In this document: piece by piece, positions 26,472 through 34,563 of the stretch
Layout: every line of letters begins with the position of its first letter
Position numbering within the stretch: position 1 is the stretch's first letter
Assembly (NCBI GenBank): GCA_016938675.1
Contig: JAFGUF010000014.1
Coordinates: 6,668 to 70,667 of the forward strand
Direction: 5' to 3'
DNA: 64,000 bases
Source: Clostridia bacterium
GTDB lineage: Bacteria > Bacillota > Clostridia > Christensenellales > UMGS416
The notes under the pieces: generated by a model
Told to the model about the DNA's origin: nothing
Seen by the model: the letters and a program-made list of their open reading frames with translations, nothing else
The model's database searches: none
Translations under genes and position numbers: made by a program

Positions 26472-27407
26472 CTAAAAGAGCGCGTTTTCCGAGTCGATTT
26501 TCCGCACCAGTGCATTGGCGGAGACCACCAGAATAAATCCTACAAATGATTGGAAAAGCGCAGCCGCCGCGGACATGCCAACGTCATTTAGCTGCATGAG
26601 CCCCCTGTAAACATATGTATCAATTGTCTGAGTCACGTCAAATAGCCTTCCTGAGTTCTGCGGCACCTGATAGAATAGCCCGAAATCCGAGAAGAATATT
26701 CTTCCTATGGCCATCAAAGTCAGTATGATTATTGTCGGCTTGAGCATCGGTATTGTTATGCGAAATATCTGCATAGTCTTTGATGCCCCGTCAAGCTCAG
26801 CAGCCTCGAATATTCCCTTGTCAATGCCTGCAATGCTCGCCATATAGATTATTGAGTTGACGCCCATGTACTTCCAGATATGGACGATAATCAAAATGAA
26901 GGGCCACGGCTTGATATTGGAATACCATGAGATTTCCTCCATGCCCAGAGGCTTTAAGATTGAATTATTTATAAAGCCTGAGTCAGCATTTAAAAAGGCA
27001 TATACTACATATCCTATTACAACCCATGAAAGCATATTCGGAAGCAGAATTGCCGACTGGAAAAACTTCACCCTCAGCTTCTTTCCCATCTCGAATAATA
27101 ATATCGCAACGAATATTGCTATCACCGTACCAATTATTATAAAAGCCACATTGTAAAGAACCGTGTTTCTTGTCATTATCCAGGCATCCCTGGTCTTGAA
27201 AAGAAATCGGAAGTTGTCGAATCCGCTCCAGTCGCTGCCGAATATGCCCTTCACATAGTTATAGTCCTTGAATGCGAGGAAAACGCCGAACATTGGAATA
27301 TAGCTGTTTACAAATATATATATCAGTCCGGGCAGCGATATCAGAAGAAGCGGCCAGGTCTTCACAAGTTTGCTTTTCTTTTCTATCTTTTCTTTCTTTT
27401 TTTTCAT
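26472..27407 (-). CDS. carbohydrate ABC transporter permease (LplB-like)
   Basis: EAA loop LDGASKTMQIFRITIPMLKP. I prefer the start at MKKKKEKIEKK (27407). Confidence 0.85.
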   Translation of the reverse strand: MKKKKEKIEKKSKLVKTWPLLLISLPGLIYIFVNSYIPMFGVFLAFKDYNYVKGIFGSDWSGFDNFRFLFKTRDAWIMTRNTVLYNVAFIIIGTVIAIFVAILLFEMGKKLRVKFFQSAILLPNMLSWVVIGYVVYAFLNADSGFINNSILKPLGMEEISWYSNIKPWPFILIIVHIWKYMGVNSIIYMASIAGIDKGIFEAAELDGASKTMQIFRITIPMLKPTIIILTLMAIGRIFFSDFGLFYQVPQNSGRLFDVTQTIDTYVYRGLMQLNDVGMSAAAALFQSFVGFILVVSANALVRKIDSENALF

Positions 27408-27504
27408 TGTTATACCCCGTTTCAGAAGGAATAATTGTGATATAAATTGTAAATGGGGATTAAATATCCCCACCTACAAATCTGATAATTATCCTTTTAA
27501 CCGA

Positions 27505-29046
27505 TTATTTATTGCTTGCTACCCATGCATCAAGCTGAGTTTGCTTTTCTGCAATAATGGTTCCAAGGCCTGCTTCGTCCAGTCTCTCAAGGAATACAGG
27601 TATTTCTGTTTCTGGGTCAATGCTTCCGCATATTAATCCCGGAAGGAACTGGCTTATTACGTTCGTTACTGCTGTATACTCTGTTTTTACATTGCTGTTG
27701 TCGAATGTAAAGCCCATTGCTACAGATGTCTTTGCGTTCTTGTTCTGCTCAAGCTCCCATGCCAATGACTCAACATTTGTGCCGCCCATTGGGTACATTA
27801 TAAAGAAGTTGCCCAATGTTCCGCAGGAAAGCTGTGATGTGTAAGGAACGGTTGCAGGGTCTAATCCCTCAGGATAGCTAACTGTGCCGTCGCCGTTTTG
27901 AACATAGTCGCGTCCTTCAATGCCGTAGATAATCAGGTTGCAAACTTCTTCGTCTGTGAATGTCATGTTAAGGAATTTAAGTGCTGATTCAGGAACATCA
28001 GATGTTGATGAAATCATCCATGTCAGCGCATTAATTGCAGTAGTATCTAGGAATGCAGAGCCAATCATCTTAGCGCCAAGGTCGTATCCGCCGCACTGTG
28101 CTTCCAGTGATGCTGCTGTGTCTTCTTCAGGATAGCTGTATGATGCGATATATCCGAAGTAGTTGCCTGCAGACATTAATTCAGCTGCTGTGCTTGATGT
28201 TGTAGCTGCGTCCTTCATAACTAGGTCATTTGTGTACCATGTGCGTGCCAGTGAGCAGAGGTCTGCAAACTCATCAGATGCATAATAATCTACAACTGTC
28301 AGTTCGTCATTCATCAATACTCCCTTTGGCTCGTAATAGTTATCTGTGAGGTAGTCAACATTTTCAACAGTAAGGCCAAGGCCTATGTTTCCTGTGTTTA
28401 CAGCTGCAAGAGGAGTCATGTCTGGGTATGCTGCCTTTACTTGCTCCAGTATGCTTGTCAAATCGCTTGTGCTGTTTACCTTGCTCATGTCAAGGCCCAG
28501 CTCATCTGCGATGTCCTGCCTGTATACAAACATCGGCGTAAGTGCAATTGGCTTATATGTAGGAAGGCCGTAAATTCTGCCCTCAAAGCTAGTTGCTGCC
28601 AGCCAGTCGTCACCTATGAGTTCCTGTGATTCGGCTGCATTTTCGCCCATCATGTCTGTAATATCAAGGCACATGCTTGTGCTGATAGCTGTGTTTAAAT
28701 CTCCAAGGCTCTGGAAGACGTCAATCTTCTCTCCGCCCTGCAGTGCCAGGCTAACCTGTGAGGAATAGTCCCAGATAGCGATCGGCATCAATTCAACCTC
28801 TACGCCGATTTTTTCACGGGTAATCACGTTGATTGCTTCCTCTACTTCAGCTAATGCCTCTTCTGTAGGGGTGTTGTTGAATGTAGCATATGCATAAACA
28901 ACTTTGTCATATGATACAGTTTCAGTTTGTGTTTTGCCGTCTGCAGATGTAGTGTCAGATGCAGTTGAATCGGGTGTTCCGCATGCTGCCAGCACCATTC
29001 CGGCGACAATTGCCAATACTAGAAATAATGTCTTAAAAACTTTCAC
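27505..29046 (-). CDS. extracellular solute-binding lipoprotein (LplA-like, 513 aa)
   Basis: Lipobox VLAAC. The size and position upstream of the two permeases fit. Confidence 0.8.
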   Translation of the reverse strand: MKVFKTLFLVLAIVAGMVLAACGTPDSTASDTTSADGKTQTETVSYDKVVYAYATFNNTPTEEALAEVEEAINVITREKIGVEVELMPIAIWDYSSQVSLALQGGEKIDVFQSLGDLNTAISTSMCLDITDMMGENAAESQELIGDDWLAATSFEGRIYGLPTYKPIALTPMFVYRQDIADELGLDMSKVNSTSDLTSILEQVKAAYPDMTPLAAVNTGNIGLGLTVENVDYLTDNYYEPKGVLMNDELTVVDYYASDEFADLCSLARTWYTNDLVMKDAATTSSTAAELMSAGNYFGYIASYSYPEEDTAASLEAQCGGYDLGAKMIGSAFLDTTAINALTWMISSTSDVPESALKFLNMTFTDEEVCNLIIYGIEGRDYVQNGDGTVSYPEGLDPATVPYTSQLSCGTLGNFFIMYPMGGTNVESLAWELEQNKNAKTSVAMGFTFDNSNVKTEYTAVTNVISQFLPGLICGSIDPETEIPVFLERLDEAGLGTIIAEKQTQLDAWVASNK

Positions 29047-29188
29047 AATAATATCCTCCTTCTTAAGATGGCTTTATTCTAGCAAATAAGCAGCAGGCTT
29101 TTATATTAAAAATGAGCCTATTTTTATTAAAAATAAGACTTTATTTGTGAATTTTGATATAAATCCAGTCGTTTTTATATAATTTTCA

Positions 29189-30769
29189 CTAATTCTGCCT
29201 GTATTCATTTGGTGAAATGCCCACACTTTTTTTGAAAAGCGTTGAAAAATAAGAATAATTATCAAACCCTACATCCTGTGCTATGTCGCTTACCTTAGCA
29301 TCAGTATTTTTAAGCAGCCATTTCGCGCGCTCTATTCTATACTCCCTTATATAGTCATTCAGGTAGTTGCCTGTCTTTTTGTAGTATAGCTTGGCAAGGT
29401 ATTCAGGAGCCAGGAAGAAAATAGTCGCCAGCTCATTTCGCCCGATATTCTGCATGTAGTGCTCGTGTATATAGGTGTTTATCCTTTCTATCAGCGTGCT
29501 GGTTTTGGCAATCTCCTTTTCGTATCCGAAGGACCTCTCCAGCAGGTAGTTGGCCCAGCGCAGCATGTCCACCGATGACTTCGCCGCCTTGTTTGATAGC
29601 TTCGCTGAGGTCTCATCATAAAAGAGTCTGGTGGCCTGTATGCCCGACTGCAAAAGGTGAGCGTAGGTCGCCTGAAGTATCTCCTGCTTTATCATGTATA
29701 GGCCTCTTTCATCCAGCGTGCGATTGCTGGTTTTGAGCCTTATCATCTCCTTTATGTAGTTCAGCAATGATACCTTATCGTGCTTTTTCAGCAGCACTGT
29801 CAGCTTCCCGACATCCAGTATCTGCATTTCATCGCTGAGTGGTATGACGGCCTCATCCTCTGTGAAGGGCTTGCCGTAGAAGACAACATTATGCAGCACC
29901 AGCTGCTCCAAAACAGACGCCTTTTCATAGAGCGATTCAATATGGCAAGGGTTGCCTATGCAGCAGGTGGCCTTCACCTTCAGCGTCCTGCTGCAGTGGG
30001 ATGTCACCTTTGAGCACAGGCTTTTCACATCTGTTCCTTCCGTATATTCAATAGTAGTCAGCAGCCAGATTTCGCTTTCGCCGGCTTTTCTTACCACGCA
30101 GTAGTTTTCATCATTTCCGCATAGTGTATTCGAGTGTATATTTTCCAGGCTGTAATAGAGCAGCTCCTCGCCCAGCTCCTCGAGCTGATGCTCATAGTCT
30201 GTTACCTTGGTCATAATCAGGCGGTATTCTTTGTCTGAATCGATAGGCAGCCTGCGCACCTCAATTTCCTTCTTTATTCTTTCCCTGCTTTGCTTGATCA
30301 GCCCGCTGTATAGTACCAGCCAAAAATGCAGCTGCTCCTGCCGGGTGTTTTGGGATATCCATTCCTCATAGCGGCTGCTTTCCTCAAGGCGCCTTTTCTC
30401 CTCAATTTTCGCAATAGTCTTCTTTATGGATAGCTCCATGATATCCGCGTCATAGGGCTTTGTCAGGTAGCCTGCAGCTTCCCACTTGATGGCGCTGGCG
30501 GCATACTCAAACTTCTCGTGGCAGGTGAGCAGAATGAACTCAATATCCAAAGCTTCTTTGCGTATCCATATCAGCAGGTCAAGCCCGGATTCTTTCGGCA
30601 TTTCAATATCACTGACGATGATGTCTATCTTGCTCTGCTTTATTATGCGCTTTGCCTGAGAGGCGCTATTGGCCGTGAAGACCTCGCCTATGCCGAGCAT
30701 TTGCCAGTCAACGGAGTCTTCTATGACCTCCAGCGTATGTATATCATCATCTACTATAAGTAAATTCAT
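29189..30769 (-). CDS. response regulator with AraC-type HTH output (YesN-like)
   Basis: Receiver MNLLIVDDD...DIIVSDIEMP, with a C-terminal AraC HTH (...VSDIAQDVGFDNYSYFSTLFKK). Confidence 0.85.
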   Translation of the reverse strand: MNLLIVDDDIHTLEVIEDSVDWQMLGIGEVFTANSASQAKRIIKQSKIDIIVSDIEMPKESGLDLLIWIRKEALDIEFILLTCHEKFEYAASAIKWEAAGYLTKPYDADIMELSIKKTIAKIEEKRRLEESSRYEEWISQNTRQEQLHFWLVLYSGLIKQSRERIKKEIEVRRLPIDSDKEYRLIMTKVTDYEHQLEELGEELLYYSLENIHSNTLCGNDENYCVVRKAGESEIWLLTTIEYTEGTDVKSLCSKVTSHCSRTLKVKATCCIGNPCHIESLYEKASVLEQLVLHNVVFYGKPFTEDEAVIPLSDEMQILDVGKLTVLLKKHDKVSLLNYIKEMIRLKTSNRTLDERGLYMIKQEILQATYAHLLQSGIQATRLFYDETSAKLSNKAAKSSVDMLRWANYLLERSFGYEKEIAKTSTLIERINTYIHEHYMQNIGRNELATIFFLAPEYLAKLYYKKTGNYLNDYIREYRIERAKWLLKNTDAKVSDIAQDVGFDNYSYFSTLFKKSVGISPNEYRQN

Positions 30770-30780
30770 CTCTTTTCCCT

Positions 30781-32523
30781 CTATGCCTTTGATGGCGTGT
30801 TCTCCTTGATTTCGTGCAGCGGCTTAGCGGGAATATATATCCTGCTTTTTCCGCCGTGTGGCTCGGTGTTGTATATCTCCAGCAGGTCGCCCCGCTCATA
30901 CATCAGCTCCAGCATATTCCTCACACTCCACAGGCCTATCCTGCTTCCTGTGTCCTCGTCGTATTCGATGCTGCCGTTCATATAGTCGATTACATCCTGC
31001 GGATACCCTTTTCCGTCGTCCTCTATTTCTATTACCAGCATTTCTTCATCTTTGTATATCTTCTTGCTTATCCTGATTAGTATTGTCAGCACATATTCAG
31101 TGGAAACGGCATGCTTGAATTCATTTTCTATGAAGGTCTGTATGATCATCTGCGGTATCAGCCAGCCCTCCAGCTCCTTGGGAAGGTCAATAAAGTGGAA
31201 AGTGGAGCCTGCGTATTTAAGCTCCTGCATTTTAAAGTAATTTTCCACATGGCGTATTTCTTCCTTAACGGTCACAGTATGCAGGCTGGACTTAAACATA
31301 TACCGAATGTTTTTAGAGAGGGCATCGATATATTCATTCACCTGCTTTTCCTTGCCCTTGCTGCCTAGGCTGTGTATTGTGGTTATGGCATTCAGGAAAA
31401 AGTGCGGGCGTATCTGCAGCCTGATAATTTTCAGCTGGGAATCCTTAAGTTCAATTATTTTCTCGTATGATTTTATCTTGAGCCCCACTATCTCATCCAT
31501 CAGCTTGTTGAAGGAATCCTTAAGGTGGGTAAACTCCGCAGTGCTGTATTCGCCCTCAAAATGCAGGGTGTATTCGCCCTCGTCCACGCGCTTCATGCCA
31601 TGCGCCATTTTTTTCATCGGGCTAATTATTTCTTTCTGAATATACCTTACAAGGAGTATCCCAAAAACAATCGTCAGCAAAATCACGCCAAGCACAGCGC
31701 TCATGCTCAGCCTTGTCTGGCTCCACATGCTTGTGTTTCTTACGATGCTGTAGAGCATTATCTGCCCGCTTTGCACTACATAATCTGCAAGGAAAGTGTT
31801 TTTAATATGGATCTCATCAATTTTAGCTCCCAGCAGCTGCTCCCCTACTTCTTCCCCGGATACCTCCTGCACGCTTCCGTCCGAGCCCGTCAGCACATAT
31901 GTCTGCCCGGTGTAGTCACCTACAGGAATAGTCTCCATAAAGTGCTCCGTGCTGGTATATGCAGCTGCCGCACGGCCGTTATATACGAACATTTTGTAAA
32001 GATAGTTTTTTCCGTTAAGTTCAGCAAAGCCCCATTTTGCGGCTATATCATCTCTTAGTGTGCACTCCTTTGTGAAGTCTCTCAGCGCTTCTTTATCCCA
32101 ATAGGATATCTCCACGACTTGCGCGTCCAAGCATATGTCATAATGATTGTCCGCAACAATTAGGCATTCCACACTTTTATCATTTAATAAGACGTCGCCC
32201 ATATAATTGATGATGTCCTGAGCGGCGTAATACCTTTTGGATTCTTCAGGGCTCTTTAGCAGCTGCAGCTGAGAAGAATTCTGCACCAGCACGTTTTTTA
32301 GCACGGTGTCCATCTGCGCCACGCGGCTCTTTAGCTCGCCGCCGTAGAGGCTGAGAAAATTCTCAGCGCCCTGCTCAACCTGATTCACCAAAATAAAGTA
32401 TGATGAAGCGGAGTAGAACACCAGCACAAAAACCAGCAGCAGCATAAGCGTAATCATGAAAAGCAGAACCCGCTTTAGCAGAGATTTCTTCGTGTTCATT
32501 TGCCGTCCCTTCTTTTTTTGCAA
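30781..32523 (-). CDS. sensor histidine kinase (YesM-like)
   Basis: Two TM helices flank a sensor domain, followed by HAMP. H-box LQIRPHFFLN and ATPase motifs are present. The start could be M1 or M9. Confidence 0.85.
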   Translation of the reverse strand: MQKKKGRQMNTKKSLLKRVLLFMITLMLLLVFVLVFYSASSYFILVNQVEQGAENFLSLYGGELKSRVAQMDTVLKNVLVQNSSQLQLLKSPEESKRYYAAQDIINYMGDVLLNDKSVECLIVADNHYDICLDAQVVEISYWDKEALRDFTKECTLRDDIAAKWGFAELNGKNYLYKMFVYNGRAAAAYTSTEHFMETIPVGDYTGQTYVLTGSDGSVQEVSGEEVGEQLLGAKIDEIHIKNTFLADYVVQSGQIMLYSIVRNTSMWSQTRLSMSAVLGVILLTIVFGILLVRYIQKEIISPMKKMAHGMKRVDEGEYTLHFEGEYSTAEFTHLKDSFNKLMDEIVGLKIKSYEKIIELKDSQLKIIRLQIRPHFFLNAITTIHSLGSKGKEKQVNEYIDALSKNIRYMFKSSLHTVTVKEEIRHVENYFKMQELKYAGSTFHFIDLPKELEGWLIPQMIIQTFIENEFKHAVSTEYVLTILIRISKKIYKDEEMLVIEIEDDGKGYPQDVIDYMNGSIEYDEDTGSRIGLWSVRNMLELMYERGDLLEIYNTEPHGGKSRIYIPAKPLHEIKENTPSKA

Positions 32524-32644
32524 AATTATCTTCCTCTATTTATTCGCCGTTAAAAGCCTGTTTCTATATCAATATTCTATCATATTTCTCTGCAAAATGA
32601 TAAATAAGCTTAATAACAAAGAAATATTCAAAAAACATGCAAGA

Positions 32645-32673
32645 AAGCGGCCTGCACTGAGTGCGAGCCGCTT
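32645..32673 (-). terminator. hairpin after the heliorhodopsin gene (T-tracts on both strands)
   Basis: aagcggcctgcac-tga-gtgcgagccgctt. gttttt follows on the plus strand and gttttttg lies 8 nt away on the minus strand. Confidence 0.5.
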
Positions 32674-32717
32674 GTTTTTCATCTGTTTATTTATTTTTGC
32701 CTCCATGAAATATTATC

Positions 32718-33497
32718 CTAAGGCTGCATAACCCCTGAAAAGACCAGCCACGCCAGCACGGTCTTGGCGCACAGGCTAAGGACTATATACACCCTTTCAC
32801 CGTAAACATATTCTTTCCACTTGCCCACACTCTTGTACTGCAGCACCATGTTTATCGGGAAGAGATTGAAGAATACGAAGTACGAGCCGAAGATAGCGTA
32901 TACAAACCACGGTACCTTATCCAAATCCGAGTTTCCAAAAGCAAACATGAAAATAATTACCCACACTGCAAGCCCCGCTACGGAACCGAATATAAATGCT
33001 GACCAGTTTGTTTTCTCCGTATACTGGTTGATTCTTTCCATTAGAAGCCCGAAGAGGTTCATCGAAGCGTTGAGCACAAACAATGCTATAAGCAAGCCTA
33101 TGTCATATACGCCAAATAGCAGCGCAATTAGAACAATCATTACGGATGAGCTTATGGCGTATTCATACCATCTGTATGGGTTTATACCTTTTGATATGTT
33201 TTTATTATAATTGTCGTTGATTTTCGGCATTACAATAATGAAATGAAACAATGCCGAGAGAAACAGGAATATTGACACGCACGCACCGAAGGGCACATCA
33301 AACACCTTTTTGTTGTCCGTTACCAATGTCATCAGGTTTGTATCGAATGTCAGAAAGTTAGAAAACACTGGCAGCTTGAATGCCTTAATCTTATCAATAG
33401 TAAGCGCAAAGCTAAGCATCAGAGCTCCCTGAACGAAGTGAAGTATGCCCATAGTAAAGTTGAACTTCCTTAAGGATTTAAAGCTAATCTCCTTCAT
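32718..33497 (-). CDS. heliorhodopsin (7-TM retinal-binding protein, inverted topology)
   Basis: It aligns by eye along its whole length with recalled HeR-48C12. Matching blocks: LSALFHFI, RWYEYAISSSVMIVLIA (48C12 RWVEYSLSSSVMIVLIA), NASMNLFG, GERVYIVLSLCAKTVLAW (48C12 GERAYIVLSLVAKSALAW). Schiff-base Lys is K245 (32763..32765) and the counterion Glu is E112 (33162..33164). Confidence 0.85.
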   Translation of the reverse strand: MKEISFKSLRKFNFTMGILHFVQGALMLSFALTIDKIKAFKLPVFSNFLTFDTNLMTLVTDNKKVFDVPFGACVSIFLFLSALFHFIIVMPKINDNYNKNISKGINPYRWYEYAISSSVMIVLIALLFGVYDIGLLIALFVLNASMNLFGLLMERINQYTEKTNWSAFIFGSVAGLAVWVIIFMFAFGNSDLDKVPWFVYAIFGSYFVFFNLFPINMVLQYKSVGKWKEYVYGERVYIVLSLCAKTVLAWLVFSGVMQP

Positions 33498-33508
33498 ATT
33501 ATACCTCC

Positions 33509-34309
33509 TTATTGATTCGCTTTTCTTTTAAAAGTCTTGTTTGCTGCAATCATGGCCGCTGCAGCCAATGCCGCAAGCGCAGCCGACACAGCTATTATGA
33601 CGCCTGTGTATGCTCCGCCGAATCCTGAGGCGCTGGTATGCTTAATCAGAATTCCTACGTATGCCCATATAGCAACCAGCGCATACGAAACGTCTTTGAA
33701 CTTTATAATCACAGTACCGGTTATCAATAGCCCTACTATAACCACAGCTATCATCCAGATTGGCTGGGCAATAGAAAAACCGTTCCAGCCTATGCTTACT
33801 AGGTAGGTTGTTACGTTCGCAATTAATGCTATCGTTATCCAGCCATAGTATACGCTGAATGGAACTCGCACGAATGCCCTTTCCTTCTTTGTTAATGCTT
33901 TGCTGTTTATCCTGACATAGGCCAGGGTGAGAGATGCGAATATTGCCAGCATTAGAATTAATGATATGCCTATCTTCTGATAATGCCAGGCGAATATCCA
34001 CGCCGTGTTGGCAACTGAAGACAGTGCAAAGCACATTTTTATTCTATGTACGGCGTCAGTGCTGTGCCCTCCCTTTCCCTTGAATGCACCAAAGCTATAG
34101 AGCACAAATAGCAGAAGCAGCAGGTATATTACTCCCCATATTGAGAAGGTTATCCCTGCCGGCGCAAATAGATTCGGGTACGAATCCGATACTGTGCCTG
34201 TGCCTATGTTATTAATAGGCAGAATATTTGCAAGTGCGTTAACTGCGACCATTGCCGCAAAGGTAACTGCATTTACTATATATAATAATGTGTATTTTTT
34301 ATCTTTCAT
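33509..34309 (-). CDS. TspO/MBR-related multi-pass membrane protein (266 aa)
   Basis: ...NALANILPINNIGTGTVSDSYPNLFAPAGITFSIWGVIYLLLL... resembles long Firmicutes proteins annotated as TspO/tryptophan-rich sensory protein (from memory). There are 11 nt to the heliorhodopsin start. Confidence 0.5.
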   Translation of the reverse strand: MKDKKYTLLYIVNAVTFAAMVAVNALANILPINNIGTGTVSDSYPNLFAPAGITFSIWGVIYLLLLLFVLYSFGAFKGKGGHSTDAVHRIKMCFALSSVANTAWIFAWHYQKIGISLILMLAIFASLTLAYVRINSKALTKKERAFVRVPFSVYYGWITIALIANVTTYLVSIGWNGFSIAQPIWMIAVVIVGLLITGTVIIKFKDVSYALVAIWAYVGILIKHTSASGFGGAYTGVIIAVSAALAALAAAAMIAANKTFKRKANQ

Positions 34310-34505
34310 TTTATCTCCTTGTCCTTACATGTTATATGTTTATCTATTGCTTTCAAGCAGGTGGACTGCACCGCTTGATGTGTTCTGATTACCATATTTT
34401 TGTATTGTGCTAATATATTAGTATATATATGTACCTTTTTATTTGATTAAACACATATTTAATTAGCCCTATTAGCGTATACCTCCTGCATATGATTTAA
34501 GCTGC

Positions 34506-34535
34506 AAAAAAAGAAAGCCTCAAGTGAAGCTTTCC
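34506..34535 (-). terminator. intrinsic terminator ending the STAND operon
   Basis: On the minus strand the stem is ggaaagc...gctttc, followed by T7. Confidence 0.6.
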
Positions 34536-34563
34536 TTATGCTTTGATTATTCAATACAGGCGG

